A stretch of 64,000 bases of DNA from an uncultured Acidobacteriota bacterium. GTDB taxonomy: Bacteria; Acidobacteriota; Thermoanaerobaculia; UBA5066; DATFVB01. Under the pieces are notes generated by a model. The model searched no databases and was not told the DNA's origin. It was given only the letters and a program-made list of their open reading frames with translations. Made by a program: the position numbers and the translations under genes. Location of the stretch: assembly GCA_963813155.1 (NCBI GenBank), contig CAWEYG010000002.1, positions 820,870-884,869 on the forward strand, given 5' to 3'. The first letter of the stretch is position 1; every line of letters starts with the position of its first letter. Positions 39,791 through 49,240 of this stretch are shown here, in pieces.

Positions 39791-42685
39791 ATGACAGATC
39801 TCAACAAATGGCTGACCCGCCGGACCGGCTTGATCGCGGCGGCCATCTTGCTTGTCGCGGGCAACATCGGCGCCCAGAGCAACAGCGCGACCCTGAGCGG
39901 CATCGTCAGCGACCCCAATGGCGGCGGGCGCGGAGGCGTCAACGTGACCGTGGCTTCGCCGACCACGGGGTTCAAACGGTCGACCGTCACGGCGCCCGAC
40001 GGCGCGTATTCGATCGGCGCGATCCCCCCGGGCAATTACGGCGTGAAATTCGAGCAGTCGGGATTCAAGACGCTCGAACAGAAGAACGTCGAGCTCAACG
40101 TCGCGACCGAGCGCAAGCTCGACGTCAAGATGGACGTCTCGGCGGTCGCGGAGATGGTGACCGTTTCCTCGGAAGCTCCGCTCATTCGAACGGACCCCGC
40201 CATGGGCGCGGTCATCAGCCAGAAGGAACTGGAGACTCTGCCCCTGAACGGGCGCCAGTTCGCGAACGTCGCGGTGCTCGCCCCGGGCACGCAGCTCGCC
40301 TACAACACGGACCCCACGAAGCCCGGCCAGTTGACCGTCCAATTGGACGGCGGCAGCGGCCGGAACGTCAACTACATCATGGACGGCGGCGACAACACCG
40401 ACGACACGATCGGCGGCGCTCTCCAGAATTTCTCGCTCGAGAGCGTGCAGGAATTCAAGATCCAGACCCAGCAGTACAAGGCCGAATACGGCCGCTCGAC
40501 GGGCGGCGTGCTGAACGTCGTCACGAAGAGCGGTACCAACGAGTTCCACGGCAGCGGCTTCGAGTACTTCCGCGACAAGAGCCTCAATTCCGAGACCGAG
40601 AGCGAAAAGCTTGCGGGAACGGGAAAAGAGGCGTACCGCCGAAACCAGTACGGGGCGTCGCTCGGCGGCCCGATCTACAAGGACGTCGCGCACTTTTTCG
40701 TCACCGGTGAGAGGACCGAGCAGAAGACCAACATCATCCTCAACACCGGAGGCGTCTATCCCGCTCTCGACGGCACGCCGGCCGAAACGCCGTTCCGCGA
40801 CGACCTCCTCGCCGCAAAGGTCACGGCCGACATCTCGGCGTCGCAGTTTCTTCAGGTCCGTTACGGGTACCAGAAGAATTCGCAGCTTTACGGCGTCTAT
40901 TCGAACCACACGCCCGACTCCTTCGGCACGATTTCGAACAGGTATTCCTCGATTCTCGCCGGGCTCCAATCGCAGCTGGGCCAGAAGGCCTTGAACGAGT
41001 TCGTGTTCCAGTTCACGAAGTTCGACAACGCGATCACGCCGAACTCGGATCACCCGACGATCTACTTCGCGAGCGGCGTTCTCTCGGGCCAGAATCCGAA
41101 CACGCCCCAGACCACGCGGCAGAAAAAGTACCAGTTCAAGGACGACATCACGTATTCCGCGGACTGGCACGGAAGCCACGACTTCAAGTTTGGCGTCAAT
41201 GTCGTCCACGAGCCCGTTCTCGCGGGGGACTTCACCGTCGGGACGGCGGCGCCGACTTATGTTCTCAACGGCGACTCGCTGGACTCCTCCGTTGCCTCGA
41301 TCTCGCAAAATGGCGGGTTCAGCGGATACAGCAGCCCGAAGAACATCTACGACGTCTACGTGCAGGATGACTGGCGGCCCTCCTCGCGGCTCACGGTCGA
41401 CGTCGGCGTCCGGTACGACCTGAACCTGGGGTACGACCTGAACCAGTCGTCCAATCAGATCTGCCAGGAGCTCTCGACCCAGACCCAGTACACCGACGCC
41501 AGCTATTACAAGGACTTCTCGGGATGGGACTGCAAGCTCAAGAACGACAAGAAGAACTGGGCGCCGCGCGTCGGTTTCTCCTACGACCTGACGGGCCAGG
41601 GCAAGACGGTCGTTCACGGCGGATGGGGCATTTACTACGATTTCCCGTACCTCAACGCGACGCTCCTCTTCCCCTCGATCGCGCTGACGAACTACGGACA
41701 GATCTACAGCTCCGTTCCGCCGCCGAGCTTCCGTATCGGCGATCCGCTTCCGCCCAACGACCTGCCGGGCACCGTCGGCCCGGCTCCGACGGAAGTGGCC
41801 GACCCGACCGTGACCAAGACGCCGTTCTCGCGCCAGCTCTCGGTCGGCATCTCCCACCAGGTCGCCGACTGGCTGGGTGTCTCCCTGGACTTCAGCCACA
41901 TCAACTATCGCGACCTCCCCTACCGCTTCCATTTCAATATCACCGACCAGCCCGGGGGGGCCGCGCGGTTCCCCGATTTCGGCGGCAGCGTTCGCATGTG
42001 GAACGGCGGCGGCTATGCCGACTATGACGGCATGAACCTCGGCTTCAACGCCCGGGTTTCCGACAAGCTCCGTTTCCAGGGCTTCTACACGCTCTCGCAC
42101 GCGACCGGAAACGTTCTCCTCGGCGCCGACGAGTTCCGGCTCACGCACACGGACGCGCAGCCCGACCTCGGCGGCAGCAGCTACGGCGGCCGGAAAGACG
42201 TTTCGGTCAATCCGCTCGACCCGAACTGCCAGGACATCTGCAAGGGCAACCTCTTCACGGATGCGCGGCACAAGGTCACCTTCGGAGCCACGTATTCCGC
42301 TCCGTGGGGAGTCAACGTCTCGGGAGTGTTCCGCTATCGGTCGGCGACGCCGTACCTCGAGTACGACGGACGCGACCTGAACGGGGACGGCTACAACATC
42401 GACCTCGACCCGGGACACCACCTTCTCGACGCCCGCGGCCACTCCTTCGAGCAGACCGACCTCGCGTTTTCGAAGGATTTCACGTTCTCCGGCTCGGTCG
42501 GGATCGAGATCATCGCCCAGGTCTTCAACATCTTCAACGCGACGAACCCCGCCTACTACGACGGACGGCGGCTCCTCGCGGACGGCACCCCGAATCCCGC
42601 CTTCGGCAAGCCCCAGGCCTTCGCCGGAGACACGCACCAGGGCGAGCAGCGCCTTCTGCAGCTCGCCGCAAGGGTCCACTTCTAA
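39791..42685 (+). CDS. TonB-dependent receptor, Oar-like, with carboxypeptidase-regulatory-like N-domain
   Basis: Signal peptide, LPLNGR, AEYGRSTGG..NVVTKSGTNEFHG, YVQDDWR, APRVGFSYD, C-terminal QLAARVHF. Confidence 0.92.
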   Translation: MTDLNKWLTRRTGLIAAAILLVAGNIGAQSNSATLSGIVSDPNGGGRGGVNVTVASPTTGFKRSTVTAPDGAYSIGAIPPGNYGVKFEQSGFKTLEQKNVELNVATERKLDVKMDVSAVAEMVTVSSEAPLIRTDPAMGAVISQKELETLPLNGRQFANVAVLAPGTQLAYNTDPTKPGQLTVQLDGGSGRNVNYIMDGGDNTDDTIGGALQNFSLESVQEFKIQTQQYKAEYGRSTGGVLNVVTKSGTNEFHGSGFEYFRDKSLNSETESEKLAGTGKEAYRRNQYGASLGGPIYKDVAHFFVTGERTEQKTNIILNTGGVYPALDGTPAETPFRDDLLAAKVTADISASQFLQVRYGYQKNSQLYGVYSNHTPDSFGTISNRYSSILAGLQSQLGQKALNEFVFQFTKFDNAITPNSDHPTIYFASGVLSGQNPNTPQTTRQKKYQFKDDITYSADWHGSHDFKFGVNVVHEPVLAGDFTVGTAAPTYVLNGDSLDSSVASISQNGGFSGYSSPKNIYDVYVQDDWRPSSRLTVDVGVRYDLNLGYDLNQSSNQICQELSTQTQYTDASYYKDFSGWDCKLKNDKKNWAPRVGFSYDLTGQGKTVVHGGWGIYYDFPYLNATLLFPSIALTNYGQIYSSVPPPSFRIGDPLPPNDLPGTVGPAPTEVADPTVTKTPFSRQLSVGISHQVADWLGVSLDFSHINYRDLPYRFHFNITDQPGGAARFPDFGGSVRMWNGGGYADYDGMNLGFNARVSDKLRFQGFYTLSHATGNVLLGADEFRLTHTDAQPDLGGSSYGGRKDVSVNPLDPNCQDICKGNLFTDARHKVTFGATYSAPWGVNVSGVFRYRSATPYLEYDGRDLNGDGYNIDLDPGHHLLDARGHSFEQTDLAFSKDFTFSGSVGIEIIAQVFNIFNATNPAYYDGRRLLADGTPNPAFGKPQAFAGDTHQGEQRLLQLAARVHF

Positions 42686-42712
42686 GCGAAGATTTCAGTT
42701 CTCTCGGTTCGG

Positions 42713-42743
42713 GCCCCGGGGCGAAAGCCCCGGGGCTTTTTTT
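42713..42743 (+). terminator. Rho-independent terminator
   Basis: GCCCCGGGGC-GAAA-GCCCCGGGGC followed by T7. Confidence 0.88.
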
Positions 42744-45279
42744 ACTTCACCGGTGGAGTCGACCTTCGCGTCCCGCGGATCGGGGCGGGATGAGAAGGCG
42801 GCGCGGGCGTCAGACGGAGTGGCGGGCGCGTCGTCCGCAGGTCCAGGCTGAAGACGACTCCGGCGTCCGCGGATCCGCCCTGCGGGGTAGTCCCATAGAG
42901 CTTTCCGTCGGACGCCTGGATCAACGAAGACTCGGGGAAAGCGCCGTCGAATTCCCCGGTGAAGCGATACACGACGCTCTCGGCCGGAGAGGTGGCTGGG
43001 TTCGTGATCTTGAAAATCGTCCCGAAACCGATGCCGCCAAAACCAATGCCACCGTTCACCGTAGTTCCGTACAGTGCTCCATCCGAGGCCTGGATCAAGG
43101 ATGCCACGGGATACGCACCGTCGTTCCCTCCCTTGAACGTGTAGACCACGCTGAAGCTGGGAGAGGTACTGAAATTGCTGATCTTGAAGACCCCGAAGGC
43201 GGCGCCGGGAATTGTTCCGTAGAGGTTGCCGTCGGAAGCCTGGAGTAGGGCGGCCTGGGGGCTTTCGCCATCACTTTCGCCTGTGAAGCTATAGATCACG
43301 CTCTCGATAGGAGAAGTCGAGAGATTGCTGATCTTGAATACTGTTCCACAACCGATCGGGTTGAGTTGAATTGTCCTACAGTCGTAAATACCGCCCCCCT
43401 GCGTCGTTCCGTAGAGGTCGCCATCGGAAGCTTCTATGAGGGGCGCCGCCGGTAGGGCCCCGTCGCTGCCGCCCGTGAAGCTGTAGATCACACTCTCGGT
43501 TGGAGTTCCCGACAGGTTGCTGATTTTGAAGACTGTGCCGCAGGTTCCGCCACTGATGACGCAGTTTGAAAGACCGCCGACAATCGTCGTTCCATACAGG
43601 TTTCCGTCGGAGGCTTCGATCAGGGCTGCCTGAGGATCTCCCCCGTCCGAACCTCCGCGGAAGCTGTAGATCACACTCTCGGTGGGTGTGCCCGAGAGGT
43701 CGCTGATTCTGAAGACCGTTCCCGCATTATTTGCACCGCCGAGCTCCGTCGTTCCGTAGAGGTTCCCGTCCGAGGCCTGAATCAGGGAGGCGGCAGGGCC
43801 GGCTCCGTCGCTTCCACCGCTGAAGTTGTGGACCACGCTTTCGATGGGCGGGCCCAAAAGGTTGCTGATCCTGAACACCGTCCCGCCTCCGCCGGAGCCG
43901 CCAGCCTGAGTTGTGCCGTACAGGTTGCCGTCTGAAGCTTGGATCAGGGAAGCCGACGGAATACTGCCGTCTGACCCGGACTCGAACACGTGGACCACCG
44001 TCACTGCGGGCAAGCCCGAGGGATCAATAACCCTGAACACCGTGCCGCCAATGTTTGAACCGTCGGTTTCCGTCGCTCCATACAAATCGCCGTCCGGGAT
44101 CTGGATCAAGGCAGCGACAGGAAGGGCGCCGTCGTTTTCTTCGGTGAAGTCGTGAATCACGCTCTTGACCGGAACGCCTGAAAGGTTGCCGATCTTGAAG
44201 ACCGTGCCGGTATTGTTCGCCCCTCCCCCGGTCGTCATTCCGTACAGGCTTTCGTCAAAAGCCTCTATCAACGATCCCGAAGGACCCGACCCGTCGATTC
44301 CACCCTTAAAGCTCTGGATCACGCTCTCGGTTGGAGACGCCGATAGGCCGATGATCCTGAAGACCGTGCCGGCGCCATTCGAACCGCCCCACCCCGTGGT
44401 CCCGTACAGGTTACCGTCCGAGGCTTGGATCACGGCGGACACAACGCCGTCTCCGTCACCTGCGGCGCTGAAGGTGTGGATCAGGCTCTTGACCGGACTA
44501 CCGGAGAGGTTGCTGATCTTGAAGACCGTTCCGCGGCTGCCGGAGTTGGCGTTGTCCGTCGTTCCATAAAGATTGCCATCCGAAGCCTGGATCAGCGGGG
44601 CCGAAGGATTGCCGCCGTCCGCTCCCAACCCGAAGCTATAAATCACTGTTTCGGTCGGCGAGCCCTCCAGATTGCTGACCTTGAAGACCGCCCCGGCGCC
44701 AACGGAACCGCCTGATTGCGTCGTCCCGTAGAGATTACCGTCCGAGGCCTGGATCAGGGACGCCCGGGGACTTCCGCCGTCGGATCCCCCGGTAAACGTG
44801 TAGATCACGCTTTCCCTCGGTGAAGTCGACAGGTCGCTGATCCGGAACACCACGCCCTCGTCGAACCTGCCATTGTAAAGGGTGGTTCCATAAAGATCGC
44901 CGTCGGAGGCCTGCATCAGCGAGGCAACGGGATGGCCCCCATCGTCTCCTCCCGCAAAACTGTAGATCACGCTGAAGGTTGGCGAAGTGGTTGGATTCGC
45001 GATCCTGAAAACCGTCCCCTGACCTCCCGAACCGCCGCCCACCGTGGTCCCGTAAAGATTGCCATCGCTGGCCTGAATCAGAGATCCCGTGGGAGGACCC
45101 CCGAATGGGGCCGGGATGAACGTGTGGATCGTCGACTCCCGGTAATGCTGCGCGGAGGCGCGCCCGGCCAGCCCGAGCGTCGCGGCGAGAATCCCGAAGA
45201 CTGCTGCGCTCTGTTTCGTCTTTTCTCCTGCCCTTCTTCTGTACGGAACCCGACGCCGAGCCGTCACTCGCGGCTTCAA
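42742..45279 (-). CDS. Secreted tandem-repeat protein (GloVer/TIGR03803-type), 14 repeats
   Basis: 14 copies of F.G..DG..P...LIQASDGNLYGTT..GG....GTVF.I; signal peptide. Confidence 0.88.
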   Translation of the reverse strand: MKPRVTARRRVPYRRRAGEKTKQSAAVFGILAATLGLAGRASAQHYRESTIHTFIPAPFGGPPTGSLIQASDGNLYGTTVGGGSGGQGTVFRIANPTTSPTFSVIYSFAGGDDGGHPVASLMQASDGDLYGTTLYNGRFDEGVVFRISDLSTSPRESVIYTFTGGSDGGSPRASLIQASDGNLYGTTQSGGSVGAGAVFKVSNLEGSPTETVIYSFGLGADGGNPSAPLIQASDGNLYGTTDNANSGSRGTVFKISNLSGSPVKSLIHTFSAAGDGDGVVSAVIQASDGNLYGTTGWGGSNGAGTVFRIIGLSASPTESVIQSFKGGIDGSGPSGSLIEAFDESLYGMTTGGGANNTGTVFKIGNLSGVPVKSVIHDFTEENDGALPVAALIQIPDGDLYGATETDGSNIGGTVFRVIDPSGLPAVTVVHVFESGSDGSIPSASLIQASDGNLYGTTQAGGSGGGGTVFRISNLLGPPIESVVHNFSGGSDGAGPAASLIQASDGNLYGTTELGGANNAGTVFRISDLSGTPTESVIYSFRGGSDGGDPQAALIEASDGNLYGTTIVGGLSNCVISGGTCGTVFKISNLSGTPTESVIYSFTGGSDGALPAAPLIEASDGDLYGTTQGGGIYDCRTIQLNPIGCGTVFKISNLSTSPIESVIYSFTGESDGESPQAALLQASDGNLYGTIPGAAFGVFKISNFSTSPSFSVVYTFKGGNDGAYPVASLIQASDGALYGTTVNGGIGFGGIGFGTIFKITNPATSPAESVVYRFTGEFDGAFPESSLIQASDGKLYGTTPQGGSADAGVVFSLDLRTTRPPLRLTPAPPSHPAPIRGTRRSTPPVK

Positions 45280-45306
45280 GGGCGCCCGGGAGCGCCCGCA
45301 ATCCCT

Positions 45307-45471
45307 TCAGGAGCGGGCGACGCCGGAGTCGTTCGTCTCGACGGGTGTACCGCGCTGTTCGCGCCGATCGGGCCCCTCGAACTGCTCCATCTGGTCGATG
45401 AGCGCTTCCTTTTCCTTCGGGTTCATCTTCTCGTCCGCAGTCGCATCGCTATTCGCCGGGATGAGTCCCAT
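45307..45471 (-). CDS. Small ORF, 54 aa (not in ORF track)
   Basis: AAGGAGG RBS; MGLIPANSDATADEKMNPKEKEALIDQMEQFEGPDRREQRGTPVETNDSGVARS*. Confidence 0.55.
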   Translation of the reverse strand: MGLIPANSDATADEKMNPKEKEALIDQMEQFEGPDRREQRGTPVETNDSGVARS

Positions 45472-45629
45472 GGTGAACCTCCTTCAATTGTTCGGGCTTC
45501 CAACGGAATAAGAGCAGGAGTCGTGCCACTCCCGCGGCCGAGTGTCCGCGGCGCCCTGCGTTTTCGCGTCTCAGCGTGATCGAAAGAAAGTCTTGGACCG
45601 GGGCCTTCGAAATCGCCCACAGTGCAGAC

Positions 45630-46064
45630 ATGAAGAACCGACGATTTCTCCCGACGCTGCTCGCGCTCGCCGCGGTCTCTCTCGTCACGGTTGCCCCCGC
45701 GCTGGCCGCCGGACCCGAGCCCTGCAAGGTGCTCCCCGCCGAAACGTGGAGCGGCATCATGGGCTACTCGGCCACCGCGACGCCGGGCGACATGAACTGC
45801 ACGTATCTCAGCAAGGCGGGAGGCGGCCAGTTCCGCATCCTGGCGAGCTCCGGCTCCGCCGGGGACGCCGCGGCTCTCGTGAAGCGGATGCGCGACCACC
45901 AGAGCCATCAACCGAAGGGCGGCCACGACCCGCGCCTGAATGTGATCGATTCCCAGGGCAACGTCGTGTTTTCCGTCGCGTTGTTTCAGGACGCCGTCAC
46001 CGGCAGCACTCCCTCGCAGCTCGAGAAACTTGCCGCCGCCGCAAAGCAGCACCTGGGCCGCTAA
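45630..46064 (+). CDS. Secreted hypothetical protein
   Basis: Signal peptide ending ALA; PC.VL....CTY pattern. Confidence 0.7.
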   Translation: MKNRRFLPTLLALAAVSLVTVAPALAAGPEPCKVLPAETWSGIMGYSATATPGDMNCTYLSKAGGGQFRILASSGSAGDAAALVKRMRDHQSHQPKGGHDPRLNVIDSQGNVVFSVALFQDAVTGSTPSQLEKLAAAAKQHLGR

Positions 46065-46066
46065 CA

Positions 46067-46192
46067 CGAGACTGGCGGGTCCTGTCACGGGACTCGCCCC
46101 GCTTTTCCGCTCGCTGCGGGCTGATGCCTTTGCTACGACACGCGCCGCGAGCGGCAAAAGGGGGTCTCATCCCGGGCCACCCGCCAGTCTCG
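46067..46192 (-). repeat. Structured intergenic repeat family A, copy 1 (core only)
   Basis: Core CTTTTGCCGCTCGC...GTAGCAAAG...GCGAGCGGAAAAG; perfect 14-bp closing inverted repeat 46067-46080 / 46179-46192. Confidence 0.85.
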
Positions 46193-46253
46193 CGCCATCA
46201 AGCTCGCTGATCCCCGCTTGCGGTTCTGAGCCTTGTTAGTATTTAATATATAC

Positions 46254-46499
46254 ATGGAACGAAAACTCGTCCAGATCGGCAGTTCCCTGGCCGTCACGCT
46301 CCCCGCGGACGTCGTCAAGGAATTCAAGCTCAAGAAAGGCCACTCCGTCGAAGTGAACGTTCACCCCGTCACGGGCGTCGTTTCGATCAAGCCGGGCATG
46401 AAGTACTTCGAAGAGGGAAAAGTCACCCGCCAGTTCCGGCGGAAAGTGGCCGAGACTCTCGAACAGTACGACTCCGCCTTCGATCGACTGTCGAAGTAG
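46254..46499 (+). CDS. AbrB/MazE-type antitoxin
   Basis: RKLVQIGSSLAVTLP motif; directly upstream of Doc toxin. Confidence 0.85.
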   Translation: MERKLVQIGSSLAVTLPADVVKEFKLKKGHSVEVNVHPVTGVVSIKPGMKYFEEGKVTRQFRRKVAETLEQYDSAFDRLSK

Positions 46500-46889
46500 T
46501 TGGTCGCGTACCTTTCGATCAATCAGGTTCTCGAGATTCACTCGATCCAGCTCGAGCGCTATGGGGGAGGAGCGGGATTGCGCGACCGCGGCGCCCTCGA
46601 GTCGGCTGTCGCGAGGCCGGCGATGACCTTCGACGGCGAGGATCTCTACCGGGATCTCGCGGCGAAGGCGGCTGCGCTCCTGCACTCGCTCGTTGCGAAT
46701 CACCCGTTCGTGGACGGAAACAAGCGGGTCGGCGCCCACGCGGCCGTTGTGTTCCTCTCCGCCAACGACGCGACGTTCGCCTGTTCCGCGGATGATCTCT
46801 ACGAAGTCACGATGTCGGCTGCCCGCGGCGAGCTCGGGGCCGATCAGCTGACGATCTGGTTTCGCCAGCGGATCGTGGAGGATCGGTAG
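46500..46889 (+). CDS. Death-on-curing (Doc/Fic) toxin
   Basis: GLRDRGALESAVARP, KAAALLHSL..NHPFVDGNKR. Confidence 0.92.
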   Translation: MVAYLSINQVLEIHSIQLERYGGGAGLRDRGALESAVARPAMTFDGEDLYRDLAAKAAALLHSLVANHPFVDGNKRVGAHAAVVFLSANDATFACSADDLYEVTMSAARGELGADQLTIWFRQRIVEDR

Positions 46890-46936
46890 CGCTTTCCCCC
46901 TGAAACGTTTCCGCCCCCGCGCGCGTTAACCGAACG

Positions 46937-47530
46937 ATGCTGCGTTTGCCGAAGCTCTCCGCCGCCGTGGGCCTTGCGTTTTTCCTGCTCATTCCGGCGT
47001 GCGCGTCGCGCGACACCCGGCGCAACGCCCGCGACCCCTTTCCCGACACGCCCGACCCGGCGGGCGCCCGGCGGCTCGCCGGCGACTGGGTCTTCACGAT
47101 GAAAACCGCCGACCACGAGATCGACGGCAAGCTCCATTTTTCCTACGACGGCACGTTCCTCGCCGGCACCTTCACCGACATGGCGGGTACCGTCCGGCAG
47201 CTCGCGGAGATCCGGGCCTCGAAGGACCGCATGGCGTGGAAACTCGCCGACGACCGCGGCGCCGAGCTGTTCGCCGGCTCCTTTGCCGACGACGGGACGC
47301 TCTCCGGCGCGATGACCCGCATCCGCAAGCGCGACTCGCAGAGCTCGGACGACCAGGGAAGCGACTCCAGCGGCGGAAGCGACAACCCGCCGGCCGATCA
47401 GCCGCAGGGCGGCCGCGGCCACGGGGGCGGCCATCACCGCGGAGGGGGAAGCCACGGCGGCACCCGAAGCAGCGGCGGCGCGAAGTGGAGCGCGGTCCCG
47501 GCGCCGAAAGCAGACGCACCCGGAGCTTAA
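46937..47530 (+). CDS. Hypothetical lipoprotein with Gly/His/Ser-rich insert
   Basis: LIPAC lipobox; LAGDW beta domain; GGRGHGGGHHRGGG segment. Confidence 0.72.
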   Translation: MLRLPKLSAAVGLAFFLLIPACASRDTRRNARDPFPDTPDPAGARRLAGDWVFTMKTADHEIDGKLHFSYDGTFLAGTFTDMAGTVRQLAEIRASKDRMAWKLADDRGAELFAGSFADDGTLSGAMTRIRKRDSQSSDDQGSDSSGGSDNPPADQPQGGRGHGGGHHRGGGSHGGTRSSGGAKWSAVPAPKADAPGA

Positions 47531-47749
47531 TCCCTGAGCGGAAGTCCACGAGAGTTCGGGGCAAAGCCGCCGGCGCAAGAGAGAGCGGGTGGTGCGGGAC
47601 AAGACTCCCTTTTGCCGCTCGCGACGCGGGTGTAGCAAAGTCTTCAGGCTCGCGGCGAGCGGAAAAGAGGAGCGAGTCCCGCGACAGGACCCGCTTGCCG
47701 CGTCGACGCTCGCCCGCGCGGGGCTAAGCCCGAGTCGCCCGAGCGAAGC
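47530..47749 (+). repeat. Structured intergenic repeat family A, copy 2 (full)
   Basis: ATCCCTGAGCGGAAG left end, A core, CCCGAGCGAAG right end; fills the whole gap between two stop codons. Confidence 0.88.
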
Positions 47750-48238
47750 TTACTTCGCCAGCTTGTACTCGCCCTCGACCTTGTACGTAAACACTCCGCT
47801 CGCGTCGGCCGTCCCGTTGAACGTGCCCTTCCCCTGGATGCCCTTGAACTTCCCCGTGCCGCTGATGTAGCTCCAGGAGCCTTTGCCGCTCAGGGGCTTG
47901 CCGTCCTTGAGCTTTCCGGTGGTCGTGTATTTGACGGTCGACGTGTCGCCGTTGGCATACGTGGTCACGTGGTAACCGCGGTTCGTGAAGATGTCGCCCG
48001 TAATCTCGTCGAGGTCGGTGGAGATCCCGGTCTTCGACCCCACGCCCGCCACCTCGAACCCGGTCCAGGTGCACTGCGCCCGGCCGACGAGGAACGCGTG
48101 GTTCGGTTTGTCCGTCAGGGCAACGGGAGTCGACGGATCCGACTTGCAGGTGACGGTTCCCGACGTCTTCGTCTGCGCCGAAAGAGCGGCCGCGACGAAA
48201 CACACGAACAGAGCGAGCCCGATGAAACGAGATTTCAT
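47750..48238 (-). CDS. Secreted hypothetical beta-barrel protein
   Basis: AAGGAGG RBS, signal peptide, W.YISGTGKFKGIQGKGTF motif. Confidence 0.8.
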   Translation of the reverse strand: MKSRFIGLALFVCFVAAALSAQTKTSGTVTCKSDPSTPVALTDKPNHAFLVGRAQCTWTGFEVAGVGSKTGISTDLDEITGDIFTNRGYHVTTYANGDTSTVKYTTTGKLKDGKPLSGKGSWSYISGTGKFKGIQGKGTFNGTADASGVFTYKVEGEYKLAK

Positions 48239-48511
48239 GATGTCCTCCTTCAGAGAATGGCATCACTCTATCGCGGAAGCAGGCCCGCCGGCGCCTTTGG
48301 CCCGAACGCGAGGACCGTGAGGGTCTCCGGGACTGGAGGCGGGGCGCCGGTGCCTCCCGCTCCTACGGCGAGGGAGGCTCGAAGACCGACGAGTGCGAAA
48401 CCGCGAAAACTCTCCCTGTTCACACTGCAGCGGTCGGCGCAAGGCGACGAGTTCCGATTCCCGATGGAGCGAGCCACATCCCAAAGCGTGAGGCAAGCCG
48501 CCCGCCGTCTC

Positions 48512-49195
48512 TCACTTTTTCACTCCGCCCAACTCGCGGATGTCCCGGCTCTCCAGGATGCGCTTCGGAGCGCCGCGCCTCGCGACTTCGAGCATCGCCC
48601 GGCCCACCTCCTCCGTCGTCGTCACCGAACCCGGAAGGAGCGCGTAGAGCAGCGGTGAGAGCGGCCTCAAGAGCGCGTACAGGATTCGGTACCATCCCGT
48701 CTTCGATCGGATTCCTCGCCCCGGCAGGATGATCGCCGGCCGAAACAGAAAGACCGCCTGGAACGGCAGCTTCGACAGGTCGTTCTCCGTCTTCCCCTTC
48801 ACGCGCGCCCACATCGACCGCCCGCGCTCGGAGCTGTCCGTCCCCGCACCCGACACGTAAACGAACGTCATCGAAGGATTCAGCCCAACGAGCGTGCCGG
48901 CCGCCGAGAGCGCGATGTCGTGGGTGAGGCGCCGGTACTCCGCCTCCGACTTCCCGGCGGACGAGACCCCGAGACAGAAAAAGCAGGCGTCCCAGCCGGC
49001 GAGCTTCGTTTCGAGCGCGGAGAAATCGAAAAAGTCCCGATGGAGGACTTCCTCGAGCTTTTCATGCCGCACTCCGAGCGTCGTCCGCCCGACGACGAGC
49101 ACGCGCTCCACGTCCGGATCGGCGAGGCACTCGCGCAGGACGCCCTGCCCCACCATCCCCGTCGCCCCGAACAGGACGACTCTCAGCGGCTTCAC
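48512..49195 (-). CDS. NAD(P)-binding epimerase/oxidoreductase
   Basis: FGATGMVG, CFFCLG, YVSGAG, ARVKGKTE, FRP. Confidence 0.9.
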   Translation of the reverse strand: MKPLRVVLFGATGMVGQGVLRECLADPDVERVLVVGRTTLGVRHEKLEEVLHRDFFDFSALETKLAGWDACFFCLGVSSAGKSEAEYRRLTHDIALSAAGTLVGLNPSMTFVYVSGAGTDSSERGRSMWARVKGKTENDLSKLPFQAVFLFRPAIILPGRGIRSKTGWYRILYALLRPLSPLLYALLPGSVTTTEEVGRAMLEVARRGAPKRILESRDIRELGGVKK

Positions 49196-49240
49196 GCCTT
49201 CACGTTATCCCATGAGCGGGGCCGAGACGGAGATGGGGCG

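Noticed and set aside
46059-46242. attC-like site (CTAAC...GTTAG around a hairpin after a stop codon)
   Set aside because: Other A copies lack the AAC/GTT ends, genes lie on both strands and no intI is present; not supportable as a classical integron.
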